NCBI GenBank assembly: GCA_011109175.1
Contig: RDEW01000088.1
Span: 25,135 to 63,281 of the forward strand
Origin: Dicyema japonicum
Taxonomy: Eukaryota; Animalia; Dicyemida
Length of the DNA stretch: 38,147 bases
Reading direction: 5' to 3'
A program made the translations under genes and the position numbers. Within the stretch, counting starts at the first letter, position 1. Each line of letters begins with the position of its first letter. Below are positions 21,924 through 32,821 of this stretch, one piece after another. The notes under the pieces were generated by a model. It was not told where the DNA came from, did no database searches, and saw only the letters and a program-made list of their open reading frames with translations.

Positions 21924-22115
21924 AATATACGAATGAATTCTAAAATTAATAATTTCATTGATCGATATAAAGATTAATCCAATTATTTTATCAAAATGTA
22001 AATAAATACCCAACTGTCCCAAGACTAATCGGCACTTGATATTCCAGCTCTTGGATATAAATGAAACATTTTTCTATAAATTAATCTAATTTTGTAATTT
22101 TTTAATGATCTATGA

Positions 22116-22452
22116 CAGCGATTCCCAACCGGGGTGCCGCGAGATCTGGTTTAGGTGCCGCGAGATTTTTAATATTTAAAATTAAAAATTATTTATATGC
22201 TGAGCTCATATCTAAAAACCGCAAGAATCACACTATTGGAGAAAATTGATATTACTCGCTTGCAAAATTATTGTTAGTAAACTTCTTGGAGAGGTAGCAA
22301 CCAAAAAGATTGACAATATTCCTTTATCGAATAATACAATCAATCGCCGCATAAAAGACATGTCTGAGAATATTGAAGAATTTATTAATGGGAAACTCAA
22401 TAATTGCATTATTTCTATTCAGGTGGACGAATCGACAGATTTTACCTCCGAA
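22116..22452 (+). mobile_element. Buster-type hAT 5' part, cut at N22453
   Basis: atcTAtga then CAGCGATTCCCAACCGGGGTGCCGCG; HTIGEK...IPLSNNTINRRIKDMS...QVDESTD. Confidence 0.88.
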
Positions 22453-22806
22453 NCAGAAAATCAAAACCTTCTGAACAAAGATAGCGAAATATTAAAAATT
22501 ATTGAAACATTAATTTCTGATAACATTAAATTGACTCTTGCGGAGTTTATGAGAACATTTCAGTCTTAAATAATTTATCTAAATTTAAAAATATCTCGAG
22601 TTCTGAAGATTTTTTGATATCTAATAAACTTTACAGACCTTTCTTGCTCTTGTTTTTAATTGAGGCTATGAATTTTGGCTATTTTTATTTGTGGGTCAAT
22701 GGCCTAATTAAAATTCTAATTATCTATTCTGAATAAAAATGAACTTGAATATCGAAAAGGTTATTTAAATCCGAAAAAATGTTAGAGTAAAGAATAAGAA
22801 TGCCGA

Positions 22807-23391
22807 CTAACACAGACTTTTATCAAAGAACATGTAATCCATGTCCGTTTTGCAGCGAGCACAGTCCGTGGCCATTCTCGTAAAAGATTCTAAATCATCA
22901 TACTGCTCTTTAATGATCTCCGTAACAAAATTATCGCACTAAGCTAATTATTAACAATCCAACGTCAATGTCCTTTTTTTCTGCAGCTAGTGAATGCAAA
23001 TACTCTATTTTTTCCGTAATTTTTTTTTCTGTATTTAATGCAAAAAGAATTATTTCGTTGGTTTTTGTCGAAGTTATGGGAATGTGCTTTTCTAAGTTAT
23101 GAATAATACTTCGATTGGTGTATAAACGACGTCCCCTCCTCGTCTTTGTTGGTATTGAATGAATTTTCTTGCATGTGATAACTCATCGTCTGCCATTTTG
23201 TGAAAAAATTTTGCCCATCCAGGATGATTTACACTTGTTTGACTAAAATGGGTGCTCTAAATTTGTAGAATTAGATATTCTACTATGTTCAAGTAAGTGT
23301 AGAAAGCTCTTAGTTCATGATTTATTTGAATGTTTATCTGGTCCTCAATTTCAGAAGAGAAATTGAATTTTCTATCAATTGGACTGCTCAT
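22807..23391 (-). CDS. FTH: Ferritin (H-type, ferroxidase centre present); 4 exons, 169 aa
   Basis: Exons 23391-23284, 23256-23110, 23086-22964, 22938-22807 (introns 27/23/25 nt). QINHELRAFYTY, DDELSHARK, QRRGG, ALNTEK, KEQ, FFDK; ligands equivalent to human E27, Y34, E62, H65, E107, Q141 are retained. Confidence 0.97.
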
Positions 23392-23799
23392 TGGCGGTGC
23401 ACTAGTAGAAAATGTGTCAATGTAAAAATATTTCGTCTATTATAAAAATGGTTATCCATTATTAAAAAAATATATTTTTCGAAAAATTAATAACTTTATT
23501 TTAAAGTTCTAATATTCATCTTCAAATCAGTATTCTACCACTCGGAAACTGGTTAACACATCTCGGAGTAGACGTTCCCAGGGTAACTCAGGAGGCCATT
23601 TATCCGTAACTCACGTGCTTAAAAGTCTTTGCCGAGAAGCCAAATTTGCAAGAAGGAATGAAATTAAATCCTCCAGGAAATCAACATAATGCGACACTGC
23701 TGAATAACGCATCCAATCCTCAGAGTTGTCGTGTAGACTCAGAAAATGATTCTTCACAGTTTTCTCAAAGGAGAAATGTCAGTAAAATCCATTTTGGCG

Positions 23800-24520
23800 G
23801 GAAGAGTCAATTTCTGGTTGATTTGAGTTTTGTTTGGAGAAACGGTTTATTGTAAATTTTCCGGCTTGACAGACGGGATGTGTTATTTGTAGACCAAATT
23901 CTCCTTCATTGTCTCTCCAGTTTTATTTTGAGCACCTTCCGACTTGACGGTACGAATTTGATGAATGGATCGAGGTTTATTGGGAGGGTTGAGATATCCA
24001 GTAAGGTGTTTACTGATCCTACTCTCGTAAATCTTTTGGATAATTAGTTGGAAGGTTGACTTTTATGTGCTGATTTTTGAATTATCTTCCATTATCCGTA
24101 TATAGGGTAATAGGTGGTCCGATAAGACAGAAAATATCATTTAAAATTCATGAAATCTCACTTCCAGATTTGGTAGAGGATCTTTCAACTACACTGAATT
24201 TAGAAAATGAGTCAATTCGAGCCACAATCTAATAACCATATTTCAATTTACCCAGGAATAGTTTTCATTTAGACAAAAATAACGACGTAAATCAACACGA
24301 TCTATCAATCGGTCTCACGGGCATCGATCTTTCGAAGCATAAGCAATGATTGGCGGAGTCTGTACCATTATTATTATTAGCACTTTCATAGGAACATAAT
24401 GTAAAGAAAAACTAATTAAGTTCCCACATGTCACACATGCGACTGCTGTTTTGATCATATTTTTCCAGGATGCGCGGGTTACGTGCTATATTCCTGAGAG
24501 TATCAAGGTCGTCTTCATTT
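23800..24520 (-). pseudogene. Degenerate rve integrase (Ginger/Gypsy/KRBA2-like)
   Basis: CVTC zinc-finger half, PPIIA, VDLRRY, IDSFSKF, KSGSEI, IFCLIGPPITLYTDNGR*FKN; many stops. Ends approximate. Confidence 0.6.
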
Positions 24521-25751
24521 TTCAGCTATCTTTTAATGCATTGAAGGTCTTTTGAGATAACAATAGGTAGAGTTTTTCGTGGACGTCGTCGGAACGCCGA
24601 TTTGTCATCTTTGTAATATGGTTCCATTGCCCAGTTAACATAAGCATCTAAGCCGAGTCAAATAACTATACGCAATCGAATTATCAGAATTCTCTTATGG
24701 TCGTGTCTACATATCGAACTTTTGAAAGAATACGACATGGAGTGCGGAGCTTTATCACTAAATGTTTGAATACTCAGTTTATAGGTCAAAAGAGTGAATC
24801 ACTTGGGAACTAGAAGCCAAAGTCAATGTGTGAAATATCCAGCCTTAATAGACCAATCGGCCGTCATTGATGCGAAACAAAAAACGCATGAAAACTTGAC
24901 AGGACCCAATGTTACGAAAACCCCAAATATTTTGATGTGTGATAAAATAGTGACACATTTATAAAAATCCTGCATGAAAAGACCGAAAATTCTAACAAAA
25001 TCATACATTCAGTCAATGACAGACTATGATTGCTGAGCACAGGCATAGGTCGAGTATTTGAAAATATAATAATCAAGTTCTAATATCAACAAAACATCTG
25101 ATTGTGAAAGAAGAAAAACTAGGGTTGTCATTTTCTCTGCCAATAGGATCCAAATACGTTATTTTTGTGCCTCGATTTTTGTAAATGTAGATTCTCAGAT
25201 CAAAAAGTCCCTTTTCTAAGAGATAAATACTTTTTAAAAACTTATTAAAAATAAGAAATTTTACAAATTAACAGCTGCATTTGGAACAAAAAGTGTTGGA
25301 ACACATCCAGACAGGTTTCAAAAAGACAAATACAGTTCCCAAGATTTTTATTTGAGCTATCATGCCAATGTTCGTTTCATATTTGTGAGCAAGTGCTCTG
25401 TGTGAATGACTTTTAGGAGTAGTCGAGCAATTTAAACTTTTTTCCCGTAAGTAAAAGTCATCATGATTTACCGTAGAGTTTTTTTATTCAAAAATAATAC
25501 ATTTTTTTAAAAATAATAAATTTCGTTCCAAATCGAAGTTCTCATTCAAAAAGAATTATTTTGACAGTGATCCTACAAAGTTTTCCAGCACCGAGGTCTG
25601 TTCCAAATCGAGGTCCGACTGTAATTAACAACCACGTAACTATCCTTTCAATTTTTTATCAGGCACTATATGCCAATCTCTTCTACATATACAAACAAAT
25701 CAAAAAACTACACAAATATATATTTTTTAACAATATAACTGAAATTCAAAA

Positions 25752-26405
25752 CTAGTAAAAACAAGTTGCATAAAAAATATTTCGCTTAGTTCTAACTCTC
25801 AAATCGTCCATGATTCCATCAACGTGAGCATCAAAATCATTGCTAAAAAGCCTAATCGTAAAAATAGAAATCGACCATATCGCACAATTCCGCGATATCA
25901 AATGACCCCAAAGTAGAATCCTCGTGATTGTCAGTTATTGGAACATTGATTACGTAACATTTCATTGACTTGAGATCAGATGAAAACTCCCGGGAAAGGA
26001 GATCTGTTTTTAGTACAAATTATGCCGACCTTCAATCACTTGATCAAAAACGACTTCATCACATGTGATTATGTAATCAAATTTTTCAAAACAGTCCTGA
26101 AAACGTTGGGGAGTTTGTTTTATTTGCCGATTTCTGTCCAACATTCTTAGAAGACCATTTTGAGTGTAGAGAGTTTTATCCTTGGAGATAAGGTCTTTGT
26201 ATATGCTGTCGTAGGATACGTCGAAGGAATAAACATTTGGCTGGTCGATTGAAGGTCCTGGTAGCCGTACTCTTTTTCCGGTCCCAAATGAGTTCACTTT
26301 GTATCCTTTATTTCTGGAATTTATACTAAAGTGGATTTACTTTAAGAATGCGTGGGCTTCCATGCTCCTATTTTGATTACTTGAACAAACCACAGCAATC
26401 GACAT
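25752..26405 (-). CDS. SSU72: RNA polymerase II CTD phosphatase SSU72; 4 exons, ~190 aa
   Basis: MSIAVVCSSNQNRSMEAH (CX5R), SFGTG, LYTQNGLLRMLDRN, INVPITDNHE, terminal ATCFY*. Introns 26340-26314 (27 nt) and 26029-26004 (26 nt); third intron ambiguous. Confidence 0.97.
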
Positions 26406-26549
26406 GAATAAAATATTTATTATGATTATTTAAAATTTTATAGATTTTTTTGTTAATTTGATTAGGCAAGAATTATATAGTTTAACAATTACGTGTTGGA
26501 TTACGAAATATTTATTAACAAAACATACTATTAGAATAAAATTAACGTT

Positions 26550-29500
26550 TCTAGTTATTAATTATTAATTAATCTGTATAATTCTCCTTCTTTTTGAACC
26601 GATGCACTGGAGCTGCGTATTCTCCTCCTCTCTCACTTCGTATAACATATGAGACACATCTTCCGGCAAATCTGGTGGATCTGTTGTTTCTCTAGACAAT
26701 TTTAGGAGGTGATTGGTGGCCCTCGAAACTTCTTCCTCATGTTTTTCAATTTCCATTCCATGTTTATGTTCAACAAGTATGCTCTCCAAAGTCTTTTTAA
26801 TCGTCAGTGATTGTATATAAGACCTAGTGGAAGCATCCACCTTCAGTCTCTCCATATAAGACTTATAATATTTAGAGACTATCCCGTCCCATGTGAGGAC
26901 AATGGGGATTATCGTTACCTTCGCACCGTGGATTTGAGACAGTTCTCCAGCAAGAAGATCATATTTATGCAGTTTTTCTACTTCCACTTGCTTTAGCATT
27001 GGGTGAGAAGTAATTCCAACTTCAATGAGGGTGATTTCATTTTTTGTTTTATCATGAACAAAGATATCCGGTTTATTGTTTTTTACATGAACATCTGTCT
27101 GCAAGGTGGTGTCCACTCTTATCTCCACTTATGATTTGAGGTAACTGACTGGACTGTGTGTGACTTTAACCTTTTCGTTTTCCTGATTCCATAGTGACGA
27201 CAAAGATGCAAATGGATACACCTTACAATTTCATTATGTCTTCTCATATAATCACTGTTCAGCATTCTGTTGCATCTTGTAGCCATGTGATCAACAGATT
27301 TTTTTGTTTGATTACAATGATTGCACATTGCTCCATTATCATTGAAAAATATATTTCGATCCTGAATAATACAATACATTGCTTCTGATCTCGGACTGTT
27401 GTTTCCATTCACCAGCCATTCCGTAGACATCTTAATGTCAACATTTTGATCCTCACAACATTTGAAAAGTATGGAATGCAACATCTTCGATTTAATAGTA
27501 TTCATTAGATTCTTTTGTTGATTCTCTTTGATTATATTTACATCCAATTCTGAAGGATCTTCAATATTGTATTTGAAGGTAAGAAATCTTGCGATAGTGG
27601 CCATATGTGTTTTCTTTATTTTCAAGACCCGCAAGATTCCCGACTTTCTGAGGCACATTGTTGATTTTCTTTCAAGATTAGTCCAAAATTGGTATACATG
27701 CATTCACTTTTATGGACAATTGAATTAAGTCCTCTTCCAAAGTTAGATCTGTTTATATATAATCTTTCTTTATTTGCGGGCTTCAGATGAACATGTAAAT
27801 TAGATAGAATACGTCGAACTTTTGCATCAATGGCTTGAAACTCATGTGGTTCAATATTAATCAGTCCAATTTAATAATTGTAAGGTGAGAGGGAATATTC
27901 ATTAATCTCCTTGAATAGATTCACTCATTTAGTTTCGTGTTAGCCAAACTTTCAATCTTTTTCTTTACATTTTCTGCAATTGTTTTCATAACTTCATGCT
28001 TCAATACATTGCTTCCTTTATCTTCCAGAACTCCCAGATATCGATTTCCACCATATCCGTTAAGGCTTTTAGTTCCTTTAACATAATTCAGATTAGTTGC
28101 AGATTTTTCAGAATTCCTCTTGAGACCAACAACACTGAAATATTCATCAATACTATCCATCATCTTCAAAATCGTATCTTCTTTCTCGGCAAGTATTTTT
28201 AGATCATCAATAAATAGCAAATGATTAGTTGCGTATGTTATTTGAGAAGGGTCATTTTGGTCAATGCATACTTTAGGAAATATTTATTAATATAAGAAAA
28301 ACTAAAATATGTAAATATTGTTACCGACTATTATTAAGTTAGTTTTATTTTAAAGATTCCTCTTTCTAATTTGACTGTCCCAATTCTATTTGCGTTGAGA
28401 TTCAGGATCACTTTCCATTTGATTATCAAACTTTTAATAAATTTCACAATCCAATCAGGGAGTCCAGAATAATCCAATACCAGCGATAAAAATTCATGAT
28501 TAACTGAATCAAATGCTTTCTTTACATCAATCCATGTCGCAAATAAGTTATTTCCATATTGATTGTTGATGCACTGGTTTATTAATGCTTGCTCTTTTGC
28601 ACCCTGGCATTGTCTTCTAGCTCCCAGTTGATTATCCGAAACAAGATCAAAAGCTTCAATGTATTCTGTAAGTTTAGTGTTGACACATTTCGTAACAAGT
28701 TTGTATAGTATAGGCATGCATGTAATCGGACGCAAGTCATTTGGTGATTCACAACAAGCTTTCTTCGGGATGAGAAATGTAATCCCAGTGTAAAACCACT
28801 GACCAGGACAGTAATCTCCATTAACAATCTTCAAAATTTCATCAAATAAATAATTATGGAGGGATTCAAACTTCTTAATAAAGAAGCAGTATACTCCATC
28901 ACATCCACAAGTTTTCCAGTTTGGCGCATAATTAAGAATGCTTTTGATAAAGTCAGGTTTGATGTCAACTGGGGATTGTTCTATGCCAGTTATACGTTTT
29001 CCAACAACATCATTAACAATATGATTTCCATCTTTCTTCCATATCTTCTCCCAAAATGACAAACATTCATCTTCCGGCAACGTATATTTATTATCTTCTT
29101 CCCCAGCATTCAGGTTTCGGTAAAACCTCCTTCTGTTAAGTTCAAACAAAAATTGTCTCTTCTAAACGATTTTCGTGACTCATAAATCGAAATTTTTTTT
29201 CCATGATTTTTATTCTATCTTCAATTAACGTACATATTCTGGTGATTTCTCCCTTTCTCGATTTCTTATAGCCAAAGGAGCACATAAAGTCCAGGGCCGT
29301 ATCCTTTCACTTTTGGATTTTAGACTGGAGAAATTAGCAATAAGAATGAGGTTCTCTTTGAATTTAGTATTCTTTTCTCAATATTTTCCCTCCAAGAGCT
29401 TCTATTTTGTTTTTCATTACCAAATTTTCGTATGCACATTGTCCTGCATAAATAATATCGGTTATTTCATTTATATCCTTTGGAGGACAAGTCAATACAT

Positions 29501-30100
29501 AATTTGAAATCACTGCATCCACAGCAACCAGAATATCTTTCTTAAGCAGTTTATATGGGATCTTCTTGGTAGGTTTTCTAGAATCCCTTGATATAGATAC
29601 AATTTTTTTAATTTGGAAATTAAATTCTTCTTTACATTTTCCATACAAAGAAATTTCCGCTTTTGACAATAAATTTTCTGATGTACCCACATCATTTTGA
29701 TTACCACAAGTCTTATTATGGGGTTTCACTTTCAATAATTTTTTAACATCGAGATACTCTTCTGAACAAGAAAGCAGGTATTGAAATTTTGTACAATGAG
29801 GTTCCATCCACCACGAGGGATTCTTCCAAATCTCCGTTTAGCCGAATCAACAACAGCAGATATCCAAGCCAATTTGTCATTGGAATGTGTTTCAGTTATC
29901 AATGATTTAAGGGGGAGTAAATGCGTTAGTGAACGTTCAATATAAGGATCATTGCATGTTTCAAGAGTTCCATGCAGCCCTGAAGACACTTTTCTAACTT
30001 CTAATTGATAATTATTATTTGTATTTTGCGTAAGAAGGCCCTCAGGATTTGTTTGCAAACTGGTGAAAACAGACATACACGTCACACAGAAACACGTTTT
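26550..30100 (-). mobile_element. RLE-type non-LTR retrotransposon (R4/Dong/NeSL-like), ~3.5 kb, decayed
   Basis: GCDGVY, LIPKK, DLRPITCMPILYKL, NQLG, WIDVKKAFDSVNH, LFIDDLK; CNHC..H....C knuckle; RHNEIV; KPDIFVHD...IEVG...KLHKY endonuclease; TAA-rich 3' junction. Clade assignment is from memory of motifs. Confidence 0.88.
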
Positions 30101-30121
30101 TTATAATGATTTTAACGAGAT

Positions 30122-30380
30122 CACTGGGGGTGATACAAATTGTCATGTACAATAACATTATAATAATTTTTGTCATGTACCATAACATTATAATATTTTT
30201 TATACAAAAACAAATTTATTTTAAATTTAACACGTTATTATTTAATTGACATGGGACGAAAAAGCGACTTGTCATTTGATACCAAAAAAATTATTTTAAA
30301 TCTCCATACCTTTGGACTAGTCAAAAGAAAATCGCGGAAATCACAAATTGCTCACAAGGATCAGTCTCCAACGTGTTGCG
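30122..30380 (+). mobile_element. Tc1 5' fragment, cut at N30381
   Basis: Duplicated TGTCATGTAC(A/C)ATAACATTATAAT repeats, then ATG at 30251: MGRKSDLSFDTKKIILNLH...QKKIAEITNCSQGSVSNVLR. Confidence 0.75.
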
Positions 30381-30623
30381 NATTTTGACTTGCAAAATGT
30401 CTGAAACGAATAAAATGATCAAATAAATATTTTTAGTGTTGGCTTTATTTTGCTACGAAGAAATTCAATATTAAAAAATGTTTATTTCTATAAAAAATTT
30501 CATAAACGACTTTTTTGAACCGTGTCATTCCAAACGGAAGGGAATGTATTAAAATTATCATTTTGTAATAGACGTTCAAATTAATTTTTATAATTTAATA
30601 AATATTTTTTAACCTTATTCTAG

Positions 30624-31308
30624 AATGGATATTGTATCATATGTCTATGCCTAGAGTGGGAGCCTAGTTTTGCTGAAGTTTACTTGATATGTTATAATCA
30701 ATAAGAATAGAGATTACATAAAGACCGAGTCATCAACATGGACTATTCACGGCCTCTGGCTCGCTAAACCTCCTCATATAAGTGGGGCATGTGCATTCTC
30801 TATTGATAAATTAAATGTACTGTTTTAAAAAATCAATTCTTAGCCAATAAGAGAAGAACTAGATAAATATTATTCTAGCGACCTTAAAAGTCGTCCAGAA
30901 GAAATTTTTTGGTGATTATTGAGTTAAATTAAAATCAGGGAACACGAATGGAATAAACATGGACAAAATTTTGAAAGAATTCTCGGAGGAGAACTGGAAT
31001 ATTTTAATAAAGCGTTGGAATTGCGTAGAAACCTTGATTTTGACAAGTAAAGTTATTAGTGATACATTCTAGAAAACTTTCTGATTCTGGGATTATTCCG
31101 TCAAGAAACATAACTTATTCGGTTTGATTGCAAACAATAAGATTTAGCTTCTCCATTTTGAAGATGTAATTTTCAAGTCGTATGGGGTTACTGTGAAGGT
31201 TATACCGACCATCAGAATGACATTAATCAAGTCTATTTTTATTATGACAGTGATTTTAATCTGGTGAATTATCCTCGTGATGAGATCAACTATCCTCCAT
31301 TTGATTGA
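30624..31308 (+). CDS. RNASET2: Ribonuclease T2 family gene (5' end unresolved; one apparent frameshift, so possibly a pseudogene)
   Basis: CAS I WTIHGLW, CAS II FWEHEWNKHG, YFNKALEL, GIIPS, QVYFYYDSDFNLV. Introns 30678-30705, 30817-30843, 30912-30938, 31047-31072, 31122-31147 (28/27/27/26/26 nt). Confidence 0.88.
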
Positions 31309-31531
31309 GTCGTTAAAACACCTATCTGTTTTAACGACCTATCTGTCAGTAATTTTGGGACTGGTTTTGATTAAGAATTGGTTTTTCTTTTTATTAAATC
31401 AATAATAATTCAAGTTATGTTAACCTTGTTAATAATAAAATTCATTGATTATCCTATTTATTTTTTTAAATTAAATGATAGTCCGAAAACAAGATTAGAT
31501 GCTACTGAGAGAAAAGTCGAGAGCCTGAGGG

Positions 31532-31710
31532 TCAGCTCAGCGACGCCGCGCTGCGTATTGAGTGGCAGTTTCCGCGGAGCACAGCGACCGAGATTCGCTG
31601 GAAAAGTCAGCTCGTCTCCCTCCGGTCGTATGTTTTAGAAAAGATTTTCCTGCCAATGTCGGTGAGGAGTTGAGTCGCAGCCTTGCCGACGATTCCGGAG
31701 GTTCGAATCC
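31532..31710 (-). mobile_element. 3' fragment of a CRE-clade element
   Basis: FE(T)SGIVGKAATQLLTDIGRKI...DRRETS*LFQRISVAVLRGNCHSI. Confidence 0.8.
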
Positions 31711-32293
31711 TATTTAAATTGAAATTAAGTTAATAAACAGACAAATCGATTGAATCAGAATGTTTCTGGTGACTAAAATTATGCCGATGGTAAAATGGAT
31801 TTTAAATCACAACCATCACGTCATAGAAGGGGGAGGCCACAACCGAATGATAGAATTTGTTTTATTTCGGGTCTTTGGGTTCTTTCTGTCGAAGTTAACG
31901 GGCTTGAGTTCTGGCAAGCCCTTCATCTCCACCTCACTCAGAAAGATTACTTTAGTTGATAATTAACGCTCAAATTATGAGCTCAATTCCTCGTGGGGGA
32001 TACATTTCCGGATTGCAACAGCTTTTCTCCTTGCGAAATAGGCAGACAAATCTTTTTAAACGTCACGAGGATCGTTTCTCTTAACCTAGTTTATTTTTTA
32101 AATATGCCGTTCTTCATTTTTAAAATTATTTTAAAAACAAGGGACACTAAAATAAGATGTCTTTCTTAGTTAGAACTCTTTTCGATTTAGTTCGTAGACC
32201 AAGAAGTTAGTTCAGTTCAGAGTTCTAGCGCATTTAGAAAATAATTTAAATCTCTAAAATGTTAATAATTGCTTAAAAGCAGACTACATTATT

Positions 32294-32470
32294 CGAAATT
32301 ATTCATTTCTGTCTAATAAAAATCGTATTTTACGGTTTGAACAAATTACCGTTCGAAATTTTTGTCACTAGAAATAATTTTAAATCTCGAAATTATTCAT
32401 TTCTGTCTAATAAAAATCGTATTTTACGGTTTGAACAAATTACCGTTCGGAATTTTTTTGTCACTAGAAA
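32294..32470. repeat. Two-copy tandem repeat, period ~94 bp
   Basis: CGAAATTATTCATTTCTGTCTAATAAAAATCG...GTCACTAGAAA starts at 32294 and at 32388. Confidence 0.9.
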
Positions 32471-32673
32471 ACACGTTTCTGTTTTAATTATTAAAATTAT
32501 ATGTTCGAATATCTATTAAATATATAAATAGTTAAATAATACAAAATAAAGAAGCTCAAATAAATTATTTTATTGAAAATGATTAAAAATTTGCTTAAAA
32601 TTAAGCGTTCGGATTTAATGTCGAGGGTGTATTTTAAATTTATTAGTGGTATTTAACAGGAAAAGGTCTAGAA

Positions 32674-32813
32674 CAGTGTTTCTTAACGTGGTCTCCAGAA
32701 ATATTTTTATGAAGTAAGGGTTGAAGACGATATGATATGAGAATGGCACTTACCAACATTGTACCAAAAATTGAACAGCTAGTTCTGAAAGCAGGATCAA
32801 AAATCACACTAAC
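32674..32813 (+). mobile_element. Buster-type hAT remnant
   Basis: gtcTAgaa then CAGTGTTTCTTAAC, joined almost directly to C-terminal VEDD(M)RMALTNIVPKIEQLV...QKSH*. Confidence 0.65.
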
Positions 32814-32821
32814 TCTAAATA

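Larger units (their letters stand above)
20984..22115 (-). mobile_element. Tc1 element (IR/DR type), internally deleted and multiply interrupted
   Basis: TA-CAGTGGCTCATATTTTC left end; inner repeat at ~21158-21185 mirrored at ~22016-22042; KISESVHIPKSTVWNIINKW...RSGQP, RKVPLL, IIWSDEKIEIFG, CKKLVSNYKNRLNAV. Outer part of the right TIR not found. Confidence 0.85.

Noticed and set aside
23392-23520. Iron-responsive element upstream of ferritin
   Set aside because: No CAGTGN loop with a 5-bp stem and bulged C; the nearby TAGTGC lacks a stem. The transcript start is unknown, so absence is not proven.
31740-32060. Minus-strand open stretch VIFLSEVEMKGLPELKPVNF...
   Set aside because: Short, unrecognised, with no consistent splice model.
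30141-32470. CRISPR-like arrays or a prokaryotic defence system
   Set aside because: The repeats are two-copy duplications without spacers, and the gene content (spliceosomal introns, SF3A1, CRTC) is eukaryotic.
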